Source: an uncultured Spirochaetota bacterium (GTDB lineage Bacteria; Spirochaetota; Brevinematia; Brevinematales; JAOACQ01). From it: DNA of 64,000 nucleotides. Location: assembly GCA_963783575.1 (NCBI GenBank), contig CAWAOD010000013.1:228826-292825 (forward strand), read 5' to 3'. This document shows positions 21,618 to 32,563 of this stretch, in pieces (position 1 is the first letter of the stretch; each line of letters begins with the position of its first letter). Under the pieces are notes generated by a model, which worked only from the letters and a program-made list of their open reading frames with translations, did not search any database and was not told the DNA's origin. Made by a program: the position numbers and the translations under genes.

Positions 21618-22032
21618 GAATTTGTTAAATTCGTTGGTCGGAATATGATATACTGGTGTATGTACTATCTAATTTGACAGAAGAAGAAATTTAGATAGTG
21701 GAAGGTATTTGGGCAGTTAACCCGACTGATTTTTATCAATTAAATTAACTTAAGGATATTTTATGAATAAAAGGATAGTTTTTAACATTTTCTCAATTAT
21801 TTTGTCAATCACAATAAAAATGTTTTTGCTGCTGTTCTCAATAATGAATTCAATGAAGTAATCGAAAAAAGCAGGACAGAAATGATGAATGATTCAAAAG
21901 AAAGGCTTATATCAAATATAGAAAATCTAATCAATAACAACACGAAATTGGATACATTATCTACAAAAGGCTGGACAGATTTAATGGTAGCAGTTTATAA
22001 AAATGATTTGTCTTATGTAAAGAAATTAATTA

Positions 22033-23896
22033 GTGCCTGAACGGAAACTCCAATTTTAAAAAATTTCTAAATCAAAAGCTCAGTTATGCTATTTTCCTGA
22101 TTACAAAAATTTTTCCTGAAACAAAACTTATTAAATACTTTGCACCGTATCTAAGAATTAATACAAAAAAAACCAAAATATAACATTTTAAAAGCTTATG
22201 GGCAGACTATACCCTTAGATATCAAATTAGCCGGAAAATCTATGCTGCCTTCATAATTTTCTTTTTTCCCGGGAGGCGTGCCTCTCTTTCCTGCCTCTTT
22301 ATCTCTTTCTGCACAAGGATATGTCCCATAATCTGAATGTTCCTGGCGACAAAAGACAAACTGACATACCTCTTAAACCCAACTATTCCATGGTCAAGGC
22401 ATCTGTCCAAACCATGATTTTCCATGGCGCTGATCCCTGACTCCACAGCTCTATGTGCCCGTTTTGCCACCCGGTACTCCTCTGTTTTTTCCCGCTCCTT
22501 TTCATCAATCGTTAGCTTGCCTTTCCTTGTCATAATCAGTTTATCCACCATTTTTCCCAGTTTGCTCTTGTTTTCAGGACTGTAAAATCCTTTATCATAG
22601 CTCACCTGTCTGATGTTATTAAATACAGAAATAGTTTCTTCCATAATACTAACTGCCACCGCTTCGTCAGTCTTCTTTTCCATAACCATGTGATTAAGCA
22701 TAAAACCAAACTGATCCTGCACCACACAAACCCGGACTCCAAGTTCCTGTGGTACTCCGGCTTTTCCTTTACTGATCCACTCTGTATGAGGCTCGAAAAT
22801 CGAAAATATTTTCTCTTCGTGATGGATAACCTCACCTTTCAGTACCCGTCTGTTGACTTGATCCATCAGCTTTAGAGCCAGCCTAATATAATGTTCTAAT
22901 GTCATTTCCAATGGTATATTTGTAACCATCTTTAGAGAATCTGTTACTTTCAAGAGAATATTTTCGATATCCTTGAGATAATTCCTGTATTCCTTTTTTA
23001 TCCGTTTGTCACTTTTACCTATCTTTACTTGATCTTTTGAAGTCGATCGTTTCAGCCTTTGTATGCTCATAACTTTTTTTTTAAGCTTCCCGATAGTATG
23101 TTTCCCCTGGCGAAAACCTGTTAGACCTGCATTTTTAAAGAATCCGACTATACCTGTAATTACCTTTCTCATGGCATCAAACAGAAGACTGATATCTGTC
23201 GGGAAATGAACGTCTGTTTCAACAACAAAGGAATCAACCTTCACTTTTAAACCTTTTTTTGCTTTTTCCCCAATAAGATCGTGGCCGGCTTTAACAACCA
23301 CTTCATTAATCTTTGATAGTATTTCAGGAGTGAATAGAGAAATGTTCTCCCTGAGTGTCTGCAAAGCATATCTATCGACAGTAAACTCAGTTTTGCCAAG
23401 CATCTGCCTTATAGCTTTGTGATTATTCGCCTGATCCTGGAGTTTGTCATAGTCCCAGTTGCAATTCAATCGCAGCATTCCCATCACAAAGATTTCCCAT
23501 ATACTCATCCCCTTTCTTCCGATTCTTTTCTTTTTTTTATCTGGTATCATTTCCTCAAATATCTTGAATATTTTGTCCTTGATTTCAGGATTGCAATATA
23601 TATATTTCAGGCCCATAAGCAGCTTTGGAACCTCGTCACGGCAAGTTAAATCAATCACTATTTCACTGATATCAACTTCACCGATCTTTTTCTGTACTTC
23701 TTCGTTTTGTCTCATAAATTTTTCCTCGAAGATTTAAAAAATTATATTTTTGTCGGGTTGATGCATGTCCATATCTGATAATATATTATAGCATTTTTAT
23801 TCGGTTTTGTATTGCTTTTTTATTCAAATCTTCAATTTTATTTTATGCCATAATTCCCTTGCTAGTACTGCATTATCTGTATTTCCGTTCAGACAC
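22033..23896 (-). mobile_element. ISNCY (ISDol1-like) insertion sequence (1864 bp)
   Basis: TIR GTGCCTGAACGGAAA / TTTCCGTTCAGACAC (1 mismatch). 6-bp TSD TAATTA at 22027-22032 and 23897-23902. Confidence 0.9.
22240..23715 (-). CDS. DDE transposase (ISNCY/IS5-like)
   Basis: VDSFVVETDVHFPTD, SIFEPHTEWISKGK, SYDKGFYS, HRAVESGI. Confidence 0.9.
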   Translation of the reverse strand: MRQNEEVQKKIGEVDISEIVIDLTCRDEVPKLLMGLKYIYCNPEIKDKIFKIFEEMIPDKKKKRIGRKGMSIWEIFVMGMLRLNCNWDYDKLQDQANNHKAIRQMLGKTEFTVDRYALQTLRENISLFTPEILSKINEVVVKAGHDLIGEKAKKGLKVKVDSFVVETDVHFPTDISLLFDAMRKVITGIVGFFKNAGLTGFRQGKHTIGKLKKKVMSIQRLKRSTSKDQVKIGKSDKRIKKEYRNYLKDIENILLKVTDSLKMVTNIPLEMTLEHYIRLALKLMDQVNRRVLKGEVIHHEEKIFSIFEPHTEWISKGKAGVPQELGVRVCVVQDQFGFMLNHMVMEKKTDEAVAVSIMEETISVFNNIRQVSYDKGFYSPENKSKLGKMVDKLIMTRKGKLTIDEKEREKTEEYRVAKRAHRAVESGISAMENHGLDRCLDHGIVGFKRYVSLSFVARNIQIMGHILVQKEIKRQEREARLPGKKKIMKAA

Positions 23897-26355
23897 TAAT
23901 TAATAAAAAAGTTGATATCAATGGGACAAATGAATACGGGTGGACAGCTTTAATGATATCCGCAAACTACGGTTATAGAGATATATCTGAAACACTGATC
24001 AAGGCTAAAGCTGATATTCGTTTAATGAATAAATACGGATGGACGGCTTTTAGTATAGCGGCCTATAATGGGTATACAGACATAGTTCAAGATTTGATAG
24101 ATGCTGATGTAAATATTAATGCACAGGATAGTAGTGGACTTACAGCTTTGATGGTTGCCGTGTATGAAGACCATAAAGATACTGTTAAAATTTTAATTAA
24201 AAATGGATGCGATGTTAATTTAAAGAGTAAATTTGATCTGAATGCTTTGATGTTTGCTACTGCACTGGAATATACCGATGTTGTAAAATTATTAATTGAA
24301 GCCAAGGCAGATTTAAATTCAAAATGTATATATGACTGTACGGCTTTAATGCTTGCTGTTTATACAGGGAACATAGACACAGTAAAAGCTTTAATTGAGG
24401 CAGGAGCCGATATTAATGTAAAAGATGTTAAAGGCTGGACAGCTTTAATGGTGGCTGGTTACTACAACCAAACTGAAGTCGCTAAAGCATTAATAGAAAC
24501 AAAAGCTGATCTCAATACTCAGAATGAAGACGGCAAGACGGCTTTAATATTAGCAATTGGTAATGATAATACTGAAATAGTAAAAGTATTAATTGAAGCC
24601 GGAGCCAATGTCAATGTAAAGGATAAAGAAGGATTAACGGCCTTAATGCTTGCGGCCTACTTAAGCCAAACTGAAGCCGCTAAAGCATTGATAGAAGCAA
24701 AAGCCGATCTAAATGCACAGGAAAATAGCGGAAGTACCGCTTTGATGCAGGCTGTTCATAAAGGCAATCTGGATATAGTAAAAGCATTAATTGAAACCGG
24801 AGCTGATATTAATATAAAGGATAATGAAAATTGGACAGCCTTAATGATAGCTGCGAGTGACCCACAGGAAGATATTCTAAAAGTATTGATAGAAGCAAAA
24901 GCTGATCTCAATGTTCAGAATGAATACGAAAAGACTGCTTTGAATAATAGCAGTTTACAATGGAAATACTGACATAGTAAAAGTATTAATTGAGGCAGGG
25001 GCAGATATTAATATAAAGGATGATGAAGGTTGGACAGCTTTAATGGTTGCCGCTAGTTATCAAAATACTGACGCTGTAAAGGCATTGGTAAAAGCAAAAG
25101 CTGATCTCAATGTTCAGAAAGACGGCTGGACTGCTTTGATGCTAGCTATTGATAAAAATAATATTGACATTTCAAAAATATTAATAGAAGCAGGAGCAAA
25201 TGTAAATTTAAAAAATAATGATAGCCGTACAGCTTTGATGCTGGCTGTTTACAATGGTAATACAGATATTATTAAAGCATTAATTAAGGGTGGAGTTGAT
25301 GTTAATGCTAAAGATAGTAAGAATTGGACAGCTTTAATGGTATCTTCATTTTGTAACCAAACAGACGATGCTAATATATTAATAGAAGCAAAATCTGACC
25401 TTAATATTCAGAATGAATTCGGCATGACTGCTTTGATGATAACTGTTGAAAAAAATAATATTGACATATTAAAAGCATTGGTCGGAGCCGGAACCGATGT
25501 TAACTTGAAGGATAGCAAAAACTGGACAGCACTGATGCTAGCTGTTAGTGATAACTACACTGACGCTGCTAAGATATTAATAAAAGCAAAAGCAGGCCTG
25601 AATTTTCTAAAAGATGGCTATACTCCATTGATGTTGGCTATTCAAAAAAGTAATATTGACATAGTAAAAGCATTGATAATAGCAGGAGCTGATATTGATG
25701 TAAAGGGTAATAACAATTGGACAGCTTTAATGATTGCTGCCCGTTATCAACATACTGACGCATTAGAAGCTTTGATTGAAGCGAAAGCCGATCTCAATGT
25801 ACAGGAAAAAGAAGGTTGGACAGCAATTATGCTGGCAGATAGCATAAATCATAAGGATGCGGTGAAAACATTAATTAAGGCCAAAGCCGATCTTAATATA
25901 AGAAAAAATGATGGTTGGACAATTTTGATGATAGCAGTTGACAAAAATCAAACAGATATTGTTAAAGAATTGATTGAAGCAGGTGCAAATGTTAATAATA
26001 TAGATGAAGAAGGTGCAACAGCTTTATCGATTGCAAAGAAGAAAAAATATTATAATATAATTAAATTGCTTGAAGATGTTGGAGCAACAGAATGAGAAAT
26101 TTTTATGATTATTGAAATGGAATCTTCAACATCGCATCGCTCGCCGAATCAAAGATTCGGCGGCCATTTAAACTTCATAAAAAAGACTTCATGATTACTT
26201 AGTATAAATATTAAAAACCAGCAATCTACTTTTTCGAAAAGGTTTTCCACACAATCTTAAGATTAAAGAAATTAAATTGGTTAATTGCGCCCCGCAGAAG
26301 GAGCGCTATTTCCGATTAAGCTTTTATTATACTTTGAAAATGCTCAGTACTAAAA

Positions 26356-26557
26356 TTGTTGTTATTCTCCTTTAATGATAAATCGATGTGTTCGTATTTC
26401 GCAGCCAGGACGGCTGCGACCCGAACGCAGCAGGACTGCAAAGTGAGGCTCTTTAATAATGAAAGAACTGTTAATTAATTTGGAATAACAACACCTGGAA
26501 TGACCAGACCGTTATACATGAAATGGCGCTCATGCGAAGGGGTGATTTTTCTTTTTG
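26356..26557 (+). repeat. About 200-bp intergenic repeat, family C
   Basis: Aligns with the reverse complement of 50645-50846. Shared blocks TGTTCGTATTTCGC, AACGCAGCAGGACTGCAAAGTGAGGCTCTTT and ATGCGAAGGGGTGATTTTTCTTTTTG. Confidence 0.88.
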
Positions 26558-26595
26558 CACACTTTTTCTTTTGATCATTCAAAAGAAAAAGTGTG
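26558..26595. repeat. Perfect 17-bp-stem hairpin
   Basis: CACACTTTTTCTTTTGA-TCAT-TCAAAAGAAAAAGTGTG. Confidence 0.8.
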
Positions 26596-26759
26596 AAAGC
26601 CCCATTGCCGTGGCTTTACGGCAAGATTTTTATAAAAGCCTTTCGACTGAAACAGCACTTACTGTCATGTTTTAAAATATGGGATAAAAAACCTATTGTT
26701 TTTAATAACATATAATGATAAAATATTTGAAGAATATAAAATAATAATGGAGTTATGTC

Positions 26760-27524
26760 ATGAAATCACGAATATTTATTCCGGCGGTTAAGGCGCTGGC
26801 GGCTTTAATATTTTTAGGAATATATTCAGGCTGTGTCAATATTGAAACATGTAATAATGTTAATCGTACTTTGCAGAGTATTCAATTGTCAAATAACATT
26901 ATATTAAGTTCCTGGGAATCGGGAAAATATTACTGGCATCTTTCCAGCTTTAGGATCGAGTCGCAGGGTAAGGTCATTTATATTGATCCTGTCGAAATTA
27001 TCGATCCGGAACCTGCAGATTATATATTTATCACTCATAGTCATTCCGATCACCTGTCGATTCCGGACATAGAAAAGATAGTAAAAAAGGAAACACGGAT
27101 TATATGCCCTAAAATCGTTGATATTAAACTCTCAAATTTTACAATAATAAAAATAAAACCCGGAGATGTACTGGATCTTGGAGATATAAAGTGTGAAGCC
27201 TTTCCGGCATATAACTTTGTCCATCCCAGGTGGCTTGAGTGGGTAGGCTATATTCTGACTATAAACGGATTGAGATTTTATCATGCCGGAGACACAGATT
27301 TAATTCCGGAAATGAAGAATATCAGGAATATTACTGTAGCCATGGTTCCGATCGGAACCGGTATTTTAGCCATGAATCCTGAGCAGGCGGCTGAGGCAAT
27401 AAATGAAATAAAGCCTTTGTTAGCTATTCCGATGCACTATGAATTAAAAAAGAATAACGCGGAAAAATTTAAACAACTGGTGGATAAAAGCATTCAAGTG
27501 AAAATTATGGAACAGAAAAAATAA
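26760..27524 (+). CDS. Metallo-beta-lactamase-fold hydrolase, probable lipoprotein
   Basis: THSHSDH, YHAGDT, IPMHY. Signal with lipobox-like YSGC. Confidence 0.85.
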   Translation: MKSRIFIPAVKALAALIFLGIYSGCVNIETCNNVNRTLQSIQLSNNIILSSWESGKYYWHLSSFRIESQGKVIYIDPVEIIDPEPADYIFITHSHSDHLSIPDIEKIVKKETRIICPKIVDIKLSNFTIIKIKPGDVLDLGDIKCEAFPAYNFVHPRWLEWVGYILTINGLRFYHAGDTDLIPEMKNIRNITVAMVPIGTGILAMNPEQAAEAINEIKPLLAIPMHYELKKNNAEKFKQLVDKSIQVKIMEQKK

Positions 27525-27589
27525 ACTTGACTTGTATTGATACATGCTTTATTATTTTCCGGCTCAAAGGTGTACTCTTATCATATATT

Positions 27590-27743
27590 GGGTAGTTTTA
27601 AAAACTCAATAAAAGTCACCCTGAGCCCTTCGATTCCTCCGGGCAGGCTCTGACGAATGTGTGACAAGTTTTGAGGTAATTGTAACCATACTTCGTCAAG
27701 CTCAGTATGACGATGGCAGAAAAATGAGTTTTTAGAACTTCCC
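27590..27743. mobile_element. 154-bp MITE carrying family-A REP hairpins
   Basis: TIR GGGTAGTTTTAAAAACTCA / TGAGTTTTTAGAACTTCCC (17/19). TATT on both flanks. Confidence 0.7.
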
Positions 27744-27772
27744 TATTAATAAAAATATACAGGAAATAAATT

Positions 27773-28504
27773 GTGGATATGATATTCTTTATAATAAGCA
27801 CTTCGCTGTTTGACGGTATTTCGACTACCCAGCAGATCATCATCTTTGCCCTGCTTTTAGCCACGGCCAGGCCGGCGGCGAACGCTTTCAGCTTCGCGGC
27901 AGGTTTGACATTGTCCTATTTCTTACTCGGCTTAATCGGACTTCTGGAAATCGATAAACTTAACGCGCTTCTGTCAGGCTTCATCAATATGCCTTCACAA
28001 ATATCCGATCCGGTTTATTATAAAATACAGTTGATTATTGGAATCGTTTTTTTCATCGGTGGGTTGATCTATGTTTTCTACAAGAACAAATCGAAAAAAC
28101 CGTCCATGGAAGCCCATTTTATAGCGCGGATCAAGCGGATAAATCCGATAATTTGCTTTGCGATCGGCGTTTTTATAACCGTCTCCTGCTTTCCGGTTTC
28201 GCTGCCTTATATAGGCGCTATTGAAAAACTGGCCCATTTTTCCCTTGAACAGCCGTCAAGGTTCCTGATGATTGTATTATACAATCTAGTTTACGCGTTT
28301 CCGATGGTCATTGTTTATCCGGTTTACCGCTTCCTGCGCGCCCATGCCGAGGATTGGGAAGGCAGGCTTCACATTCACATAAACCGCTGGAATGTTGTCC
28401 TGACAACCCTCCTTCTGGCCGGAATGGGTTTGCTTTTTATCCTGGATTCCATGTTTTATTTCCGGCTTTCGCATCCTCTGTTAAAATCAAAATTCTTATG
28501 GTGA
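27773..28504 (+). CDS. GAP/Sap-like (LysE-superfamily) membrane protein
   Basis: About 6 TM segments. Motifs SLFDGIS, FPVSLPYIGAI, LYNLVYAFP. Confidence 0.6.
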   Translation: MDMIFFIISTSLFDGISTTQQIIIFALLLATARPAANAFSFAAGLTLSYFLLGLIGLLEIDKLNALLSGFINMPSQISDPVYYKIQLIIGIVFFIGGLIYVFYKNKSKKPSMEAHFIARIKRINPIICFAIGVFITVSCFPVSLPYIGAIEKLAHFSLEQPSRFLMIVLYNLVYAFPMVIVYPVYRFLRAHAEDWEGRLHIHINRWNVVLTTLLLAGMGLLFILDSMFYFRLSHPLLKSKFLW

Positions 28505-28541
28505 TTTTACCAAAAGTGGGGTTATTCATACTTTTTTGAAA

Positions 28542-28570
28542 TTGATTGATTTTTATATTTATGATATAAT
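28542..28570 (+). promoter_or_regulatory. Sigma70 promoter with extended -10, likely giving a leaderless mRNA
   Basis: TTGATT, 17-bp spacer, TGaTATAAT. ATG begins 7 nt after the -10 and there is no RBS. Confidence 0.55.
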
Positions 28571-28576
28571 TATTTT

Positions 28577-29563
28577 ATGGAATATAATCTTACCACCATT
28601 GGTAATAAAAACTATACCGGTATGAAATGTCCTGTGTACATTTCACCGGACGGTTCGGTTCCAATAAATGCAGAGAGCGGGCAGCGCTTCAGGATAGTAC
28701 TGATCAAAGAGGGCGGCGGGATTTTTCTTTTGCAAAATATGGCCATTCCTTTTTCTGCTCCGTCAGTTTTTTGTTTTAATGAAAAAGAAAACCCGGTACT
28801 TGAAACATCACCTTCATTGAAATACAGCACGATTTTCTTTCATCCTGCCTATATTAACAATGCTTTCGAGTTTCCAGTTCTCCGGGGGGAAAAAACCTAT
28901 TCTTTTACTTTTGCAGATTACAGCGATCTTTATTGGTTTGACCCTTTCCTCCGGCGTCAGGATCTTTATTGGGGAAAATTTACTATCGGCCCGCTGACTT
29001 TCCACAGGCTTTCAGATCTTTTCATCAAAATCGACCAACAGCTAAAAGACCAGCCTCTTTACTGGCCATGCCGGGCAAGATCGTTTTTAATAGAGTGCCT
29101 TTTTCTTCTGACCCAGATCCTTCACGAGCCCCGAATAACCGAGGATACCATGCTGTTCGAACAACCGAAAGACATACATCCTATACTGGTTTTTCTGCAT
29201 ACCAGGTATTCTGAAAAAATCTCAATCGATATGCTCGCAAGGGAATTTCACACTAACCGTACCACCATCCAGGAAAGATTTTCCAGAGCTACGGGAAAGC
29301 CGATTATGAAATATATTGCCGATCTCAGAATAAACCTTGCCATGCTGCTGTTAAAAGAAACAACAATACCAATTGTTGAAGTCGCTTCCCGTGCCGGATA
29401 CCAGGATATAAGCCATTTCGGCAGAATTTTTAAAAAAGCCGCATCTCTTTCGCCTATGGAATACCGTGAGGAGAAAAAACTGGGTTATTCATTCCTAAAA
29501 TTGCTGATCTGCATAATCTTACTGTTTTTTTACCATTCCCATTTTAGTCCGGCTTCCTTATAA
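28577..29563 (+). CDS. AraC-family transcriptional regulator (true stop probably 29498 after a homopolymer shift)
   Basis: C-terminal HTH LRINLAMLLL...EVASRAGYQDISHFGRIFKK...SPMEYR. Confidence 0.9.
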   Translation: MEYNLTTIGNKNYTGMKCPVYISPDGSVPINAESGQRFRIVLIKEGGGIFLLQNMAIPFSAPSVFCFNEKENPVLETSPSLKYSTIFFHPAYINNAFEFPVLRGEKTYSFTFADYSDLYWFDPFLRRQDLYWGKFTIGPLTFHRLSDLFIKIDQQLKDQPLYWPCRARSFLIECLFLLTQILHEPRITEDTMLFEQPKDIHPILVFLHTRYSEKISIDMLAREFHTNRTTIQERFSRATGKPIMKYIADLRINLAMLLLKETTIPIVEVASRAGYQDISHFGRIFKKAASLSPMEYREEKKLGYSFLKLLICIILLFFYHSHFSPASL

Positions 29564-29590
29564 TAAATAAAAGTATAAGGAGGAAACATT

Positions 29591-30475
29591 ATGCGGAAAA
29601 ACATTTTGTTTAAATTGATTCTTGTGAGTTTATTGACGGTATCATCGGGCATTTTATATTCAGGAACAGATTGGAAAATAATTTCAGTATCCGGATATAA
29701 TTATAAGCTGTATATTGCCGGATTCCTGAATTCTTTAAATGGGATCAATGCGGGTTATGACGGAGAGGTTCATTATACGGCCGACGGTGGAAAAACATGG
29801 CCGGCCGGGAACAACAAATCATGGTGCCGGTTTGGCCTGGAAATACTGGATGCGACAAATGCCTGGACCAGCGGCAATAAAGGTCATGTTCGTGTTTCTC
29901 ATGACGGTGGTGTAAACTGGACGGAATTAGCAGACTTTGGATCCATGGAACCTGATGAATGCCGGTATTTAAGTTTTATCGACCCTTTAAACGGATGGAT
30001 TGCTGCCCCAGCCAGACTGGCAGTAACCGAAGACGGAGCAAAAACCTGGAAAGAAATGAAATTTCCTGCCGGTATGAATTCAATCCTTGCGATGGATCTT
30101 CTGACCAAAAACCAGGGCTATGTATTTACAAGCGATGGGGTATTGTTTGTAACAAAAGATGCCGGGAAAACCTGGAACAGGATAAATGTTGATTTGAAAG
30201 AAAAGAATTTATGTTCGGAAGATATGCTGCCTACCACAACGATTGCCGCTATGCGTTTTCAAGACGATATGCAGGGCGCAATGGTTCTTATGACGGTACA
30301 ACCGAGGTTTTGGCTCTTTCTAAATACCGCTGACGGGGGAAAAACATGGAAAACCGGCAGCCTGCCGGACGAAATCTCAGCATTGAATGCTTCTGTTTAT
30401 CTCAGCAAGGATGCAAAATTCCTGACATTTAATGATATTAGTAATAATAAAATTTACCTCCTTTCCAGGCAATAA
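29591..30475 (+). CDS. Secreted BNR/Asp-box repeat (YCF48-like beta-propeller) protein
   Basis: Signal peptide. Repeated TxDGGKTW / SHDGGVNW / TKDAGKTW. Confidence 0.85.
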   Translation: MRKNILFKLILVSLLTVSSGILYSGTDWKIISVSGYNYKLYIAGFLNSLNGINAGYDGEVHYTADGGKTWPAGNNKSWCRFGLEILDATNAWTSGNKGHVRVSHDGGVNWTELADFGSMEPDECRYLSFIDPLNGWIAAPARLAVTEDGAKTWKEMKFPAGMNSILAMDLLTKNQGYVFTSDGVLFVTKDAGKTWNRINVDLKEKNLCSEDMLPTTTIAAMRFQDDMQGAMVLMTVQPRFWLFLNTADGGKTWKTGSLPDEISALNASVYLSKDAKFLTFNDISNNKIYLLSRQ

Positions 30476-30494
30476 ATCCTCTTTCAATGGTTAT

Positions 30495-30528
30495 AAACGG
30501 GCGGTATTTTGAGTATCGCCCGTTTTTT
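30495..30528 (+). terminator. Rho-independent terminator
   Basis: AAACGGGCGGTA-TTTGAG-TATCGCCCGTTTTTT after the stop at 30475. Confidence 0.75.
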
Positions 30529-30599
30529 AAAACTTAGCCTGGTTAAAAGAATTATTTGAATGTTCCTTGATAGCCATTAAAACAAACTGCCTGACGAAA

Positions 30600-30722
30600 G
30601 TTCGGCAGCAACACTACACCGGTCATCTGGTTCAAGCAACCATTGGAACAGGATGTTCCATGAGAGCTTTTATTAATTTATGATATTGTCGAACGCCAGT
30701 TCGACAGCGACACGATGTCGCA
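30600..30722 (+). repeat. Multi-hairpin repeat, family B
   Basis: GGAACAGGATGTTCC ... GTCGAACGCCAGTTCGAC-A-GCGACACGATGTCGC. Homologous to 44597-44740 and 61757-61880. Confidence 0.8.
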
Positions 30723-30786
30723 AAGTTGACAACAACTCTGAATAAATGTTAGAATAATAAAAATTATACTTTTCAGGGGTATTAAT

Positions 30787-32544
30787 ATGGAAAAAGAAAT
30801 CCAGGCTAAAATAAACGAGTGGCTTACAGAAGATTATGACGAATCCACCCGGATTGAAATTAAGGAATTGATCGATAAAAAGAACGAGAAAGAGTTAATA
30901 GACCGGTTTTATACTGAGCTTGAATTCGGGACAGCCGGATTAAGAGGAACACTTGGCGCCGGTTCCAATCGTATGAATATTTATAATGTTAGAAAAGCAA
31001 CGCAGGGGCTTGCCAATTACATCATTTTAAAAAACGGGCAGGATAAGGGTGTACTTGTTGGGAGAGACTCACGCAATATGTCGGATGTTTTTGCCGGGGA
31101 AACCGTTTCCGTTTTAATAGCGAACGGCATTCGAGTTTATTATTATGAAGATATTCATCCGACGCCTACTGTTTCTTACGGCCTTCAGTATTTGAAAGCT
31201 ATAGCCGGTGTAATGATAACGGCATCCCATAATCCCAAGGAATACAACGGCTACAAAGTACTATGGGAAGACGGTGCCCAGATTACGCCGCCCTATGACG
31301 AAGAGATAATAGCAGAAGTAAGGAAAATAAAATCTCAGGAACAGGTTAAAAGCATGCCATTCGATAATGCTATGAAGAGCCGGTTATTTGAGATAGTTGA
31401 TAATAAAATCGATAAACCCTACCTTGAAAAAGTTAAGAGCCTCTCAATTCATCCCGAAGCTATCTCAGCTTCCAGTGTTAAGATTTGTTATTCACCGCTT
31501 TACGGCACGGGTTATAAAATTATTCCAATTAGCCTTAAAAATTTCGGTTTTAAAGATATTGTTATGGTTCAGGAACAAAGTAAGCCGGATGGAAACTTCC
31601 CCACGGCTCCATTCCCCAATCCTGAAATACCCGAGGCAATGGCTTTAGGAATGAAATACGCAAAAGAGCAGAATGCCGACGTCTTTATTGCCACAGACCC
31701 TGATGCCGATAGGGTAGGAGCGATGCTCAAAAAGGGCGAGGGCGATTTTGTCCTGTTGAATGGAAATCAGATAGCAACTCTTTTCGCTTATTATATAACA
31801 TCCGAATTAAAGAATACAGGAAGAATGCCGTACGATCCTCGTATGATCACAACCATAGTAACGACAAACCTTTTGATAGATATAGCCGGTTCATTCGGTG
31901 TGAAATCAGATGAAGTGCTGACCGGATTTAAGTGGATCGGATTAAAAATGAAGGAATATGATATTAAAGGAGGAAGCTTTATTTTCGGCTGTGAAGAAAG
32001 CCATGGTTATTTAGCGGGCACATTCGTCAGGGACAAAGATGCTGTGATCGGCGCGTCATTATTCGCCGAGCTGGTTGCATTCTATAAATCCAGGGGGACA
32101 ACAGCTTACCAGGTTTTACTGGATATTTACGGGAAATACGGCTATTATAAAGAATCCCAGAAATCGGTAACGATGAATGGATTGGACGGAGCGGAAAAGA
32201 TCAAGGATTTGATGGAAAATATACGTATGACCCCGCCGGGAAAAGTTGGTAATTATGATGTTTTGACAAAAGTCGATATAAAAAACGGTGATACTTATGA
32301 TATGAAAACCGGCAGAATAACCGGGAAAATTGATTTACCATCATCGAATGTAATAATTTTAAAGTTGTCCGATAACGCAAAGATTGTAGGAAGGCCTTCC
32401 GGAACCGAACCGAAAATAAAATTTTACTTTACAACTTACGGCAGAATAAAAGAAAACGAAAGCCTTGATATAATGATGAAAAGAACGGATAGCGAACATA
32501 ATGAATTGAAGAAGAATTTCCTCAAAATGTACAAATTGGAATAA
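30787..32544 (+). CDS. Phosphoglucomutase/phosphomannomutase
   Basis: EFGTAGLRG, TASHNP, DPDADR, EESHGY, RPSGTEPKIK. Confidence 0.95.
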   Translation: MEKEIQAKINEWLTEDYDESTRIEIKELIDKKNEKELIDRFYTELEFGTAGLRGTLGAGSNRMNIYNVRKATQGLANYIILKNGQDKGVLVGRDSRNMSDVFAGETVSVLIANGIRVYYYEDIHPTPTVSYGLQYLKAIAGVMITASHNPKEYNGYKVLWEDGAQITPPYDEEIIAEVRKIKSQEQVKSMPFDNAMKSRLFEIVDNKIDKPYLEKVKSLSIHPEAISASSVKICYSPLYGTGYKIIPISLKNFGFKDIVMVQEQSKPDGNFPTAPFPNPEIPEAMALGMKYAKEQNADVFIATDPDADRVGAMLKKGEGDFVLLNGNQIATLFAYYITSELKNTGRMPYDPRMITTIVTTNLLIDIAGSFGVKSDEVLTGFKWIGLKMKEYDIKGGSFIFGCEESHGYLAGTFVRDKDAVIGASLFAELVAFYKSRGTTAYQVLLDIYGKYGYYKESQKSVTMNGLDGAEKIKDLMENIRMTPPGKVGNYDVLTKVDIKNGDTYDMKTGRITGKIDLPSSNVIILKLSDNAKIVGRPSGTEPKIKFYFTTYGRIKENESLDIMMKRTDSEHNELKKNFLKMYKLE

Positions 32545-32563
32545 GTTTTAAATATCCGGTAAA

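Larger units (their letters stand above)
21763..26095 (+). pseudogene. Secreted ankyrin-repeat protein (about 820 aa, roughly 22 repeats) interrupted by an IS
   Basis: Signal-peptide-like MNKRIVFNIFSIILSITIK(N)VFA. First repeat KGWTDLMVAVYKNDLSYVKKLI precedes the IS, and NKKVDINGTNEYGWTALM continues in frame after it. Additional 1-bp shifts near 21815 and 24943. Confidence 0.88.

Noticed and set aside
23900..26050. About 99-bp periodic repeats resembling a CRISPR or tandem array
   Set aside because: They are coding ankyrin repeats with wobble-position variation. There are no constant repeats with unique spacers and no cas genes.
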